Shown here in pieces: positions 1 through 9,707 of a DNA stretch of 63,465 bases; the first letter of the stretch is position 1, and the number at the start of each line of letters is the position of its first letter. A program made the position numbers and the translations under genes. The stretch is from a bacterium (GTDB taxonomy: Bacteria > Sysuimicrobiota > Sysuimicrobiia > Sysuimicrobiales > Humicultoraceae). Below the pieces are notes generated by a model that ran no database searches, was not told the origin of the DNA, and saw nothing but the letters and a program-made list of their open reading frames with translations. The DNA lies in the NCBI GenBank assembly GCA_041497675.1, contig JBGQGY010000005.1, positions 1-63,465 of the forward strand. Reading direction: 5' to 3'.

Positions 1-1014
1 CCGTTCAGGGGGTCGCGGGTCCCGATCCAACCCTCGACGTTCGTCATCGGGGCGCGTCTCTACAATGCCCGCGGCGAGCGCTTCATGGAACGCTACGATC
101 CTCAACGGAAAGAATCGACGACACGCGATGTCGCGGCACGGGCGATCTTCGATCAGATCCGCCAGGGTCTCGATGTCGATGGGGGCGTGATCCTCGATCT
201 CAGCGATGTGACCGATGACGACTTTCGCACGTCCAACAAGAAGGTCGTGGAGCGGCTCGACCCGCGGGGCGTGAACTTCCGCGACGTCCAGTTCATCATC
301 GCGCCCGAAGCCCACTTCGTCATGGGCGGGATGGTGATCGACGAGACATGCCGGACGCCGGTGGACCGGCTGTACGCCTGCGGGGAAGCCGCGGGCGGCG
401 TGCACGGGGCCAACCGGTTGAACAGCAACGCGATTCCAGACACACAGGTGTTTGGCGCCCGCGCGGGCCGGCTGGCGGCGGAGCAGTCGCTGCGGGACGA
501 GCACGGCCGTATCGACGATCGCATCGTTCGCGCGTGGGCCGGGCGTCTCGAGGCCGTCGGCGGATCTGCCGGCGACGGGCACCAGGCACTGGAGCAGATG
601 CGCGAAGAGTTCCAGCAGGCGATGTCGCTCGCGCTGGGCATCGTTCGCACGCGTGAAGGGCTGACCCGTGGGCTCGCGATGATCGACGCTCAGCGTGAGC
701 GGCTTCGCGGGACGACGCCGCGGACGGGCGACGAGTTTCAGGCAGCGGCCGAACTGGCCGCGATGGCCGACGCCGCCGAGACGATGTGTCACTCGGCGCT
801 GGTCAGGACGGAGAGCCGCGGGGCGCACTACCGTGAGGATTTCCCGGAGCGGGACGACGCGCGATGGGTGCAGACGGTGGTACTCCGGCGTGACGCCGGT
901 GGACGCGTGTCGACCGAGCTCCGCCCGATCGACGTCGCCGATGATCCGCGGTACCTGGGCGCGGCGACCGTGCCGCAGGGGCTGACGCTGATCAAAGGCG
1001 AGCACGTCGAGTAG
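1..1014 (+). CDS. FAD-dependent oxidoreductase, succinate dehydrogenase/fumarate reductase/L-aspartate oxidase flavoprotein family, C-terminal part (5' end outside window)
   Basis: Frame 1 is open from nt 1; listed ORF 85..1014 starts only at the first in-frame ATG. Motifs ACGEAAGGVHGANRLNSNA and RTESRGAHYREDFPERDD are hallmarks of this family. Confidence 0.85.
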   Translation, partial: PFRGSRVPIQPSTFVIGARLYNARGERFMERYDPQRKESTTRDVAARAIFDQIRQGLDVDGGVILDLSDVTDDDFRTSNKKVVERLDPRGVNFRDVQFIIAPEAHFVMGGMVIDETCRTPVDRLYACGEAAGGVHGANRLNSNAIPDTQVFGARAGRLAAEQSLRDEHGRIDDRIVRAWAGRLEAVGGSAGDGHQALEQMREEFQQAMSLALGIVRTREGLTRGLAMIDAQRERLRGTTPRTGDEFQAAAELAAMADAAETMCHSALVRTESRGAHYREDFPERDDARWVQTVVLRRDAGGRVSTELRPIDVADDPRYLGAATVPQGLTLIKGEHVE

Positions 1015-1018
1015 GCGG

Positions 1019-1984
1019 GTGCGCCGCTACGTGCTCCGCCGGGTGCTGCAGATGATCCCCCTGCTGGCAGGCGTGTCGTTGCTCGTCTTCGTCCTGCTGG
1101 CTTCCGCGCCCGGCGACCCGGTCGACATGCTGATCCGCAGCAACCCCAGCGTCACCATGAACGATATCGCCCGGCTCAAACACCTCTATGGTCTGGACCA
1201 ACCGATCATCGTGCGATATGCGAAGTGGCTTGGGCGAACGCTCCAGGGAGATCTCGGCTGGTCCTTGGCGCACCAGGTTCCGGTCGCGAGGTTGGTCGGC
1301 GAGCGGCTGCCCAACAGCCTGATGCTGGTGGGTACCGGCATCGTGATCGCGATCCTCGTCGCGATCCCTGCCGGCATCTATAGCGCGCTCCGCCAGTACT
1401 CCGTGGGCGACTATCTGGCGAGCCTGGGGACATTCGTCGGGTTCAGCATCCCGGTGTTCTGGTTTGGGCTCATCATGATCTACATCTTTGCGGTGAAGCT
1501 GAGAGTGCTGCCGCCCGGCGGGATGCGCGAGGCGGGGGCCGTCCCCGGGTGGCCCGCGACGCTCGACTATCTGCGCCATCTGATCCTGCCGTCACTGGTG
1601 ATCGCTCTCTACAGCACCGCCGCCCTGGCGCGCTACACGCGGTCGAGCATGCTGGAAGTGATCCGCCAGGACTACATTCGAACGGCGCGCGCGAAGGGGC
1701 TGTCGGAGCTCCGCATCGCCGGGCATCATGCGCTGCGCAATGCGATGATCCCCATTGTGACCGTGCTGGCCCTGACGATGCCGGCGCTTTTCGGCGGCGC
1801 GCCGGTCACCGAAAGCGTGTTCGCGTGGCCCGGCATTGGACAGTTGCTCGTCCAATCGGTGCTGTTCGGCGACTACGTGGTCGCCATGGCCGTGCTGATG
1901 ATGATCGCCGTGCTGGTGCTGGCCTTCAACCTGGCCGCCGACATCGTCTACGGACTCCTCGACCCGCGGATCCGGTATGCATGA
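1019..1984 (+). CDS. ABC transporter permease, Dpp/Opp (PepT) family, DppB-like
   Basis: N-terminus RRYVLRRVLQMIPLL. EAA-loop block QDYIRTARAKGLSE. Multi-TM. GTG 1019 lies 4 nt after the upstream stop. Confidence 0.9.
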   Translation: MRRYVLRRVLQMIPLLAGVSLLVFVLLASAPGDPVDMLIRSNPSVTMNDIARLKHLYGLDQPIIVRYAKWLGRTLQGDLGWSLAHQVPVARLVGERLPNSLMLVGTGIVIAILVAIPAGIYSALRQYSVGDYLASLGTFVGFSIPVFWFGLIMIYIFAVKLRVLPPGGMREAGAVPGWPATLDYLRHLILPSLVIALYSTAALARYTRSSMLEVIRQDYIRTARAKGLSELRIAGHHALRNAMIPIVTVLALTMPALFGGAPVTESVFAWPGIGQLLVQSVLFGDYVVAMAVLMMIAVLVLAFNLAADIVYGLLDPRIRYA

Positions 1985-2807
1985 TCTGGGGCGGCGCTTC
2001 ACGCGTCACCGGTTGGCGATCGCGGGCGGGCTCGTCTCGGTGGTGCTCCTAGCGGGCTCGATGAGCGCCTCGCTGATCGCGCCGTACCGCTTCGAGGAGA
2101 TCGACCTCAAGCATCTCTTCAAACCACCGAGCCGGTCACATGTGCTCGGGACCGACGACCTGGGGCACGACGTGTTGACGCGCGTCCTCTACGCGGGGCG
2201 CATCAGCCTGATCGTCGGTCTGGTCGCCACGGTCATTTCGACTGTGGCGGGGTTGACGATCGGGCTGCTGGCCGGCTACTACGGCGGGCTGCTGGATGAC
2301 GTGCTGATGCGCGTGACCGATGTGTTCATCAGCGTACCCCCGATCGCCGTCATGTTTATCCTGGCGAAGTCGCTGGGTCCCGGTCTGCGCAGCATCGTCA
2401 TCGTCCTCTGTCTCTTTGGCTGGATGGGCACCGCCCGGCTCGTGAGGGGCGAGGTGCTGCGGATCAAGTCCCAGGATTTCGTCGAAGCCACCCTCGCGTT
2501 GGGATCGACCGATCACCGTGTGATCGCGCGGCACCTCATCCCCAATACCCTCGCCCCGGTGATCATCGCGGCGACCCTGGCCGTGGGGCAGGCGATCCTC
2601 AGCGAGAGCACCATCAGCTACTTTGGGCTCGGGATACAACCGCCGATTCCATCGTGGGGCAACATGCTGCAGAATGCTCAAGAATACCTGTGGACCGCGC
2701 CGTGGCTCGCGTTGTACCCAGGATTCTGCATCTTTATCACGGTGCTGGCGTTCAATCTGCTCGGGGACGGCCTTCGAGACGCGCTCGATCCAAAGTTGAA
2801 ACAGTGA
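1977..2807 (+). CDS. ABC transporter permease, Dpp/Opp family, DppC-like
   Basis: Block SQDFVEATLALGSTDHRVIARHLIPN. 8-nt overlap with the upstream permease gene. Confidence 0.9.
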   Translation: MHDLGRRFTRHRLAIAGGLVSVVLLAGSMSASLIAPYRFEEIDLKHLFKPPSRSHVLGTDDLGHDVLTRVLYAGRISLIVGLVATVISTVAGLTIGLLAGYYGGLLDDVLMRVTDVFISVPPIAVMFILAKSLGPGLRSIVIVLCLFGWMGTARLVRGEVLRIKSQDFVEATLALGSTDHRVIARHLIPNTLAPVIIAATLAVGQAILSESTISYFGLGIQPPIPSWGNMLQNAQEYLWTAPWLALYPGFCIFITVLAFNLLGDGLRDALDPKLKQ

Positions 2808-2833
2808 CGCTAAATTCACAGGAGGGTATCATC

Positions 2834-4534
2834 ATGCAAAGGATGGCACGACGAATCGCCCTGGTCGGGCTGCTCTTGACACTCATTCTGGCTGTGGCGC
2901 CGCAGGCGCCGGCACAGACGTCCAGGCGCCCCGTGGTCCTCGGCTTCACCGCCGAACCCGACGTCCTGAATCCGCTCGCCACGAATACGATCTCCGCCGC
3001 GGTGGCCAATCGCACGTTTCTCGACCCGCTGGTCGAATATGATCTCTCACTCCAGTTGCGGCCGGTGATGGTCGAGGCGATCCCCTCGTTGGAGAACGGC
3101 CTCTGGAAGTTGCTGCCGGGCGGCAAGATGGAGCTGACGTGGCGGCTACGGTCGGAGTACAAGTGGCAGGACGGCCGGCCTGTGACGTCGGCCGACGTCG
3201 CCTTCACGCACGAGGCGGCCACAAATCCCAAAGTCCCGGTCGGGCAGTACCTGTGCGGGGTCAAAGACTTTATCGAAAAGGTGGCCACACCGGACGTCCG
3301 GACTTTTGTCGTGACCTGGAAGAGCCGATACGCGTTTGCGGCGGAGTGCCCGGTCGAAGGCGCCAGGTATGGGATCGTCCCCAAGCACATCTTCGAGGAT
3401 GCGTACAAGCGCAATCCCGAGAGCGTCAAGGACGTGGCGTACGGGCAGGATCCCGCCGTCACGATCGGCAACGGCGCCTATCGCTTCGTCAGGCGGGTCC
3501 GCGGCAGTGAGATCGTCGTCGAAGCCAATCCCACCTACTGGCGGGGCAAGCCCCAGATCGACCAGATCGTGTTCAGGTACTTCCCAGACGCCAACACGAT
3601 CATCGCAAACATGCTCGCCGGCTCGGTGCACGTGGCAGTGCCGCAGCCCGCGGGCATCAACTTCGGTCAGGCGATGCAACTCGACGAGTTGGTCCAGCGC
3701 GGCGAGGCGAGGGACGTGCGCGTGGGCTTCCGGCCGGTCGCCATCCACGAAGTCTTGTGGTTCAACCAGGCCAATCCGATCGTCCGCGATCGCCGGATAC
3801 GCCAGGCGCTCGCCTACGCCACGAACCGGGAAGAGATCAGCGAGGCCCTCTTCCGGAGCCGCCAGCCGGCGGCCCACCTATTTCTCCCGCCGACCAACCC
3901 GATGGTGGAGAAGGATGTCCGGCAATACCCGTACGACCCCGCGCGGGCCCGATCGCTCTTGGCCGAAGCGGGGTGGCGCGTCGGCCCCGACGGCGTCCTG
4001 GTGAACGCGCAGGGACAGCGGCTTCAGCTGGTCGTCATGACGACGGCCGGCAATCGCGACCGCGAGCGTCTGCAGTTGATTCTGGTGCAGCAGTGGCGAG
4101 AAGTCGGCATCGAGGTCCTGATCGAGAACGCGCCGCCGCGGTTGATCTTCGGCGACCTCTTCGAGAAGCGGCAATACAAGGCCATTCTCCTGGGCAGCCA
4201 TCCGATGCAACCGCTGCAAAATGCCGTGCAGTTCTACTCGTCGCGCGAGATGGCGGCCGTGGGCACGCTGGCGCGCAACCCCACGGGATGGAGCCTGCCG
4301 CAGACCGATGCGCTGCTCGATCAGTTCGTCCAGGAGCCCGATCGTAACAAGCGCAAAGCGATTCTCTCGCAATTTCAAAAGATCTGGGCGGAGGAGCTCC
4401 CCGTGCTCCCGCTGTACTTCTGGGTGTCGGGGTGGGCGTATAACGTGAACCTGCAGGGATTCGAGCCAACCGGGGTCGCGCTCTACCCGAGCCCCGTGAC
4501 CTGGAACGCTCGGCTCTGGCGCTGGAGGCAGTAG
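2834..4534 (+). CDS. ABC transporter substrate-binding protein, family 5 (peptide/nickel/opine type)
   Basis: GGAGG at 2821-2825 precedes ATG 2834. Signal peptide MQRMARRIALVGLLLTLILAVAPQAPAQ. Family-5-like length and blocks (NPTYWRGKP). Listed ORF start 2654 is an upstream run-on inside the permease gene. Confidence 0.9.
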   Translation: MQRMARRIALVGLLLTLILAVAPQAPAQTSRRPVVLGFTAEPDVLNPLATNTISAAVANRTFLDPLVEYDLSLQLRPVMVEAIPSLENGLWKLLPGGKMELTWRLRSEYKWQDGRPVTSADVAFTHEAATNPKVPVGQYLCGVKDFIEKVATPDVRTFVVTWKSRYAFAAECPVEGARYGIVPKHIFEDAYKRNPESVKDVAYGQDPAVTIGNGAYRFVRRVRGSEIVVEANPTYWRGKPQIDQIVFRYFPDANTIIANMLAGSVHVAVPQPAGINFGQAMQLDELVQRGEARDVRVGFRPVAIHEVLWFNQANPIVRDRRIRQALAYATNREEISEALFRSRQPAAHLFLPPTNPMVEKDVRQYPYDPARARSLLAEAGWRVGPDGVLVNAQGQRLQLVVMTTAGNRDRERLQLILVQQWREVGIEVLIENAPPRLIFGDLFEKRQYKAILLGSHPMQPLQNAVQFYSSREMAAVGTLARNPTGWSLPQTDALLDQFVQEPDRNKRKAILSQFQKIWAEELPVLPLYFWVSGWAYNVNLQGFEPTGVALYPSPVTWNARLWRWRQ

Positions 4535-4538
4535 GACG

Positions 4539-5693
4539 ATGGTGGTGAAAACCCCGGTATTTCCAGCGGCCGAATTCTCGGACCGGCTGGCGAAAGTGAG
4601 GGCCCACCTCACCCAGAATGGTCTCGATGCCTTTCTGGCGTTTTCCCTCGAAAACATGTTTTATCTCACGGGCTACCAGACGCTCGCCGCGCGCACGTAC
4701 GGAGCGTTACTGTTGGCCCGGGAGGGACCACCGGTGCTCATTGTCCGGTTTCTCGAGTCCTTCCTGACGTCGCTGTACTCGGAGGTCGCCGAGGTCGTCA
4801 CGTATGACGATCACGAAGATCCGCTGGAGATCACGGCCAAGGAGGTGACCCGGCGCGGATTTGCGCGCGCGCGCGTCGCCTTCGAAGACGGCGCGCCGCG
4901 CATGTCGGCGGCCGCGCGCCGTCGGTTGGGGACGCTCCTCCCGCACGTCGAGGCCACGGACGGCACCGCGATCGTCGAGCGCCTGCGCCGCGTGAAGTCG
5001 AATCGAGAAATCGAAAAGATGCGCGAGGCCGCTCGGATTACGGCCATCGGGATGAAAGCGGCGCTCGCGGCATGCCGCGTCGGGGCGACCGAGAACGACG
5101 TCGCGGCCGCCGCCATGGACGCGCTCGTCCGTGCGGGCTCTGAATACTTTCCATCCGACCCGATCGTCACGTCGGGTTTTCGGGCAGGGATCCCCCATAC
5201 CACATTTGAACGAAGGCGGCTCGAGCGGGGAGACACCGTCCTGCTCGAGATGACCGGCGCGTTCGGCCGCTACGTCGGCCCGCTGATGCGGGCGGTCAGT
5301 CTCGGCGAGCCGACGCCCAAGGTGCGCAAGATGGCGGATCTGTGCATCGAAGGACTGAATCGCGCGATTGCGGCGATCCGCCCGGGGGTGACCGCCGGAC
5401 AGGTTGACGACGCCTGCCGGACGGTCATGGAGGAGGCGGGGATGTACGAATCCTTCCGGAAGCGAACTGGCTATTCGGTGGGACTCGCCTTCCCTCCGAA
5501 CTGGAACGAAGGACACATCATCAGCCTGGGGCGTGATGATCCGACGGTGCTGGAACCGGGGATGGTGTTTCACATGCCGCCGGCGCTGCGTGACTACGGA
5601 GTGAGTTGTGTGGGATTCAGCGAGACGGTGGCGGTCACGGCCGAGGGGTGCGACGTGCTCACCGCGTCCCCGCGTGCACTCACCATCGCGTGA
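4539..5693 (+). CDS. M24-family hydrolase with creatinase/prolidase-type N-terminal domain (creatinase / ectoine-hydrolase-like rather than classical metallo-aminopeptidase)
   Basis: Pita-bread C-terminal half (REIEKMREAARITAIGMKAA, LEPGMVFH) after a creatinase_N-like N-terminal half (LDAFLAFSLENMFYLTGY). Canonical M24 metal-ligand blocks are not evident. Confidence 0.8.
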   Translation: MVVKTPVFPAAEFSDRLAKVRAHLTQNGLDAFLAFSLENMFYLTGYQTLAARTYGALLLAREGPPVLIVRFLESFLTSLYSEVAEVVTYDDHEDPLEITAKEVTRRGFARARVAFEDGAPRMSAAARRRLGTLLPHVEATDGTAIVERLRRVKSNREIEKMREAARITAIGMKAALAACRVGATENDVAAAAMDALVRAGSEYFPSDPIVTSGFRAGIPHTTFERRRLERGDTVLLEMTGAFGRYVGPLMRAVSLGEPTPKVRKMADLCIEGLNRAIAAIRPGVTAGQVDDACRTVMEEAGMYESFRKRTGYSVGLAFPPNWNEGHIISLGRDDPTVLEPGMVFHMPPALRDYGVSCVGFSETVAVTAEGCDVLTASPRALTIA

Positions 5694-5710
5694 TCCATGA
5701 TTGGGCCGTG

Positions 5711-6682
5711 ATGGACTGGAAGCAGCCCGCGCTGTTGTGGCTCCTGCTGATTCCCGGCGGGCTGCTGCTCGCTTACCGCGCGTCGCTGCGGCGCGTCCCG
5801 CGCGGTGCCATCCATTTCCCGCTGACCGGAGCGGCGATCGAAGCGGAGAGGCGGGCCGGGCGTGTCCGCCGGTACCTGCCGACCGCGCTCTTCCTGCTCG
5901 CCCTCACGGCCGCCTTCATCGGCGCCGCGGGGCCGGTTGCGCCGTGGCCGGCCGCGACCGGCTGGCCGGTGGTCATCATCATCGACGTCAGCCGGAGCAT
6001 GGAAGAGAACGACATCGTCCCAAGTCGCATCCTGGCCACCAAGACGGCGGCGCAGGACTTCGTGCGTGGACTGCCGCGCACGACGAAGGTCGCGCTGGTC
6101 AGCTTTGGGAACTACGCGACACTCGTCGTGCCGCTGACCGCGGATCACAGATTGGTAGAGGAAGGGATCCGCAATCTCACGGTCCAGCTGCGCACGCAGC
6201 TTGGCAACGGCCTGGTTGAGGGGATACGCGCGGTTACGGGCGAACAGGGTGCCTCGGTACCCGCGACTCCGTCCGATCGGCCGAGGGCCATCGCCGTATT
6301 GATGAGCGATGGGCGGGCGAGCGACGGTATCCCGCCGCTCGAAGCGGCCCAAGAAGCGAAGATGAAGGGCGTGCGCGTCTACGCGGTGGGTGTGGGGACG
6401 GCACGAGATCCGCGGACGTTTCGCAGCGGGTACTTTGGCGTGCTCGATGAACCAACGCTGCGGGCGATCGCCACCGAGACCGGCGGCGAATACTTCCGCG
6501 CGACTGAGGCCGGCCGGCTGCGACAGATTTACCGCTACCTTGCGCGGACGATCGGCTGGGAGCGGAAGCCTCAGGAGGTCGCGGCCGTCGCAGGCGGGAT
6601 CGCGCTGCTTTGCCTTGCGGCCGCGGTCGCGGTGCGGTCCAGGCTGGCGCCAATCGCGGACGTGGGGGCGGGGGTCAAATGA
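5711..6682 (+). CDS. VWA domain-containing membrane protein, BatA-like
   Basis: ATG 5711 gives MDWKQPALLWLLLIPGGLLL (N-terminal TM). MIDAS-type IIDVSRSM. C-terminal TM GGIALLCLAAAVAV. Listed start 5606 overlaps the upstream gene. Confidence 0.8.
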   Translation: MDWKQPALLWLLLIPGGLLLAYRASLRRVPRGAIHFPLTGAAIEAERRAGRVRRYLPTALFLLALTAAFIGAAGPVAPWPAATGWPVVIIIDVSRSMEENDIVPSRILATKTAAQDFVRGLPRTTKVALVSFGNYATLVVPLTADHRLVEEGIRNLTVQLRTQLGNGLVEGIRAVTGEQGASVPATPSDRPRAIAVLMSDGRASDGIPPLEAAQEAKMKGVRVYAVGVGTARDPRTFRSGYFGVLDEPTLRAIATETGGEYFRATEAGRLRQIYRYLARTIGWERKPQEVAAVAGGIALLCLAAAVAVRSRLAPIADVGAGVK

Positions 6683-7911
6683 GCCAGGAACCATATCTCG
6701 TCTCGGGATCATGGATGATCGACGGCACCGGCGCGCCACCGGTCGACCGGGGCGCGGTGCTGGTGAAGGATGGCCGCATCGCCGAAGTCTATCGCGGATC
6801 GCCCGTGCGCGCTGCCTTGCCTCCCGGCACCGAGACGATACACCTCGACGGTTGCACCATCCTACCTGGTCTCATTGACGCCCACGTCCACCTGTGTCTG
6901 CCGGGCGACGGCACGCCATTTCCCGAGACCGTCGCAGAACCGCGGGGCGTAGTACAGGCGATCGCGCTGCGCAACGCCGGTGTCGCCCTGCGAGCGGGGA
7001 TCACGACGCTGCGCGACTGCGGTGGCTTCCCCGATGTGCTCTACTCGCTGCGCCGCGCGATCACGCTGGCGTACGCGCAGGGGCCGCGTTTGGTGCTGGC
7101 AGGCTGGCCGATCACGATCACCGGCGGGCACTGCCACTATTTCGGCGGCGAGGCCGATGGGATCGACGGCGTGCGGGCGAAGGTGCGTGTGGCGATCAAA
7201 GGCGGCGCCGACTACATCAAGGCAATGGCGAGCGGCGGCGGGACGCCCGGCACACAGGGATGGCGTCCCGCGTTCAGCCGAGACGAAGCCGCGGCGATCG
7301 TCGATGAGGCCCATCGGTTCGGGTATCATGCGACCCTGCACTGCACGTGCGCAGAGGCGATCGACTTTGCGGTCCTGGCGGGCGTGAATGAGATTCAGCA
7401 CGCGGGGTTTGCCACAAGTGCCGACGGAGGCCAGCGGTTTGACGCGGCGGTCGCCGATCGGCTCGCCAAATCCGGAGTGCCGGTGTGCCCCACGCTGAGC
7501 GTCGGCCGGTTTGTCTACCAGGCCGTCGCGGCCAGGAAGAACCCGACGCCGGAAGATCGCGAATCCGCCGATCGGTTCGAGCGGATGGCGCACGGGACCC
7601 TGGCGAACGCGGGTGAGCTGCACCGTCGCGGGGTCCCGTTCATCGCGGGCAGCGACGCTGGTTGGCGGTACAGTCCCTTTGACGCGCTGCACCTGGAGAT
7701 CGAGTTGATGGCGGCGGCCGGGCTCACGCCGCTCGAGGCGATTACGGCCGCGACGAGCGCAGCGGCCCGGGTGTTGGGCCTCGAGAACGAGACCGGCGCG
7801 CTTCGGGTTGGACTGGCAGCGGACCTGATCGCGGTCGCCGGTCGCCCGGACCAGGACATTCGCGCCTTGCGTGACCTGCGGATGGTCATGCGGCATGGGG
7901 CGCGAGTCTAG
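6679..7911 (+). CDS. amidohydrolase-superfamily metallohydrolase (imidazolonepropionase/Xaa-Pro dipeptidase-related clade)
   Basis: ATG 6679 overlaps the upstream TGA (ATGA). HxH motif LPGLIDAHVHL. Later blocks HCTCAEAI and AGSDAG. Confidence 0.85.
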   Translation: MSQEPYLVSGSWMIDGTGAPPVDRGAVLVKDGRIAEVYRGSPVRAALPPGTETIHLDGCTILPGLIDAHVHLCLPGDGTPFPETVAEPRGVVQAIALRNAGVALRAGITTLRDCGGFPDVLYSLRRAITLAYAQGPRLVLAGWPITITGGHCHYFGGEADGIDGVRAKVRVAIKGGADYIKAMASGGGTPGTQGWRPAFSRDEAAAIVDEAHRFGYHATLHCTCAEAIDFAVLAGVNEIQHAGFATSADGGQRFDAAVADRLAKSGVPVCPTLSVGRFVYQAVAARKNPTPEDRESADRFERMAHGTLANAGELHRRGVPFIAGSDAGWRYSPFDALHLEIELMAAAGLTPLEAITAATSAAARVLGLENETGALRVGLAADLIAVAGRPDQDIRALRDLRMVMRHGARV

Positions 7912-7998
7912 GGCAGGAGAACAGGCGCATCCGCAGAAACGGTATCTAATTCAGGGATGTTTGTCGCACATCGCGCCATCGGCGCGCAGAGGAGAGGG

Positions 7999-9615
7999 AT
8001 GAGCATGAACAGGCGTGTGATCGTCTGGCTCGCGGTCCTGGTCGCCGTCATTATGGTGATGGGACTCGACGCATCCGGGCAGTCCACGGCGCAAGCCCCG
8101 CCGCCGGACGCAAAGCCGGGTGGCAAGTTGGTCCTGGGTTTCCAGTACGAGCCCGTAACGCTTGACCCGCAGGTGACGGGGCAGGCCAACGGGATCCGTG
8201 TCTTGCTGAACATCGTGGACGGCCTGGTCTACGCCGACCAGGAAGGCAATATCAAGCCGATGCTCGCCGAGCGGTGGCGCATCAGCCCCAACGGCAAGAT
8301 CTACACATTCTTCCTGCGCAAGGGCGTCAAGTTCCACGACGGCACGCCGTTCAACGCGCAGGCGGTCAAGTTCACGCTCGACCGCGTCATGGACCCGGCG
8401 ACGGCGTCGCAGGGTGGGCGCATCCAGATCGGCCCGTACGAGAAATCTGAAGTGGTCGATGACTACACGGTGCGCATCACGCTGAAAGAGGCGTTCGCGC
8501 CCTTCCTCGCCAACCTCGCCCCGGGCGTGCTCTCGCCGGTCTCCCCGACCGCCGTCCAGAAGCTCGGCAAGGACTTTGGCCGGGCGCCGGTCGGCACCGG
8601 GGCGTTCAGCGTGAAAGAATGGAAGGCGAAGGACCACATCACCCTCGTCCGCAACCCCGACTGGAAGCTGGCGCCGATGACCAACCGCGGCGCGGCCTAT
8701 CTCGAAGAGATCACGATCAAATTCATCCCGGAAGATGCCGTGAGGGCGGCCGTGCTGGAGACCGGCGAGGTCGATGCGATCGAGGACGTCCCGGCGCAGA
8801 ACGTTGCCGACTTTAAGAAGAGCCCGAACCGGTACACCGTGTATCAGGTGAACTTCCCCGGGTCACCGCGCCAGGCCATGCTCAACACGCAGAAGGCGCC
8901 GACGAACGAGTTGAACGTGCGCCGCGCGATCCTTCACGCCACCAACGTCGAAGCGCTGAATCGCACCCTCTACTTCAACGTGTATCCGATCGGCAACGGC
9001 ATCATGAGCGCGGCAACCCCGATGGCCATCAAGGGACAGTTCCGGCAGGTCTATCCCTACGATCAGGGCCGCGCCAGGGCGCTCCTCGAAGAGGCCGGCT
9101 GGCGTGTCGGCGCCGGCGGTGTCCGCGAGAAGGGCGGCCAGAAGCTGCGGGTCGGGATCTACATCCTGAGCGACATCCCGCAGTTCCGACCGCTGGCCGA
9201 GTTCATCCAGGCGAACCTGAACGAGGTCGGCTTCGACGCCTTCATCTGGTCGCAGTCGCGCAGCCCATGGTTTGCCGCGCTTGGCAGCGGCGAGCACAAC
9301 CTGGCCCCCATGGGTCTCTGGGCCACCGATCCTGACATGATGCGCGGGTTGTATCACTCGAACGGCAGCGCCTTTTCCTGGTCGTTCTACAAGAACCCCG
9401 AGCTCGACAAGCTGGTGGAGGACGGCATCCAGAGCACGAATCCAAAGCTCCGCCAGCAGTTCTACGTGAAGGCGCAGGAAGTCCTGATGCGTGACGCAGT
9501 CGCGCTCCCGATTCACGAGCAGGTCAACATCTTTGCCATCAAGGCACAGTACAAGGGGTTGGGCTTCAACGCGAACGCGTATCCGGTGTACTACGACATG
9601 TACGTGAAGCGATAG
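7999..9615 (+). CDS. ABC transporter substrate-binding protein, family 5
   Basis: GGAGAGGG precedes ATG 7999. Signal/TM MSMNRRVIVWLAVLVAVIMVMG. Family-5 architecture. Start could also be 7957 or 8005. Confidence 0.9.
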   Translation: MSMNRRVIVWLAVLVAVIMVMGLDASGQSTAQAPPPDAKPGGKLVLGFQYEPVTLDPQVTGQANGIRVLLNIVDGLVYADQEGNIKPMLAERWRISPNGKIYTFFLRKGVKFHDGTPFNAQAVKFTLDRVMDPATASQGGRIQIGPYEKSEVVDDYTVRITLKEAFAPFLANLAPGVLSPVSPTAVQKLGKDFGRAPVGTGAFSVKEWKAKDHITLVRNPDWKLAPMTNRGAAYLEEITIKFIPEDAVRAAVLETGEVDAIEDVPAQNVADFKKSPNRYTVYQVNFPGSPRQAMLNTQKAPTNELNVRRAILHATNVEALNRTLYFNVYPIGNGIMSAATPMAIKGQFRQVYPYDQGRARALLEEAGWRVGAGGVREKGGQKLRVGIYILSDIPQFRPLAEFIQANLNEVGFDAFIWSQSRSPWFAALGSGEHNLAPMGLWATDPDMMRGLYHSNGSAFSWSFYKNPELDKLVEDGIQSTNPKLRQQFYVKAQEVLMRDAVALPIHEQVNIFAIKAQYKGLGFNANAYPVYYDMYVKR

Positions 9616-9707
9616 CACTGCGGCACACGAAGGGCGCGTGATCGAGGCGGCCGTGGGGGGAACCCTACGGCCGCCTTTGTGGACGTCGGGTTCCCGGAGG
9701 AGTTCGC

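Noticed and set aside
5594-6739. 381-aa minus-strand ORF (also 6862-7896, 344 aa)
   Set aside because: They are antisense to the VWA gene (MIDAS motif, TM anchors) and the amidohydrolase gene (HxH motif). Nothing recognisable is present, and the composition is Arg/Pro-rich.
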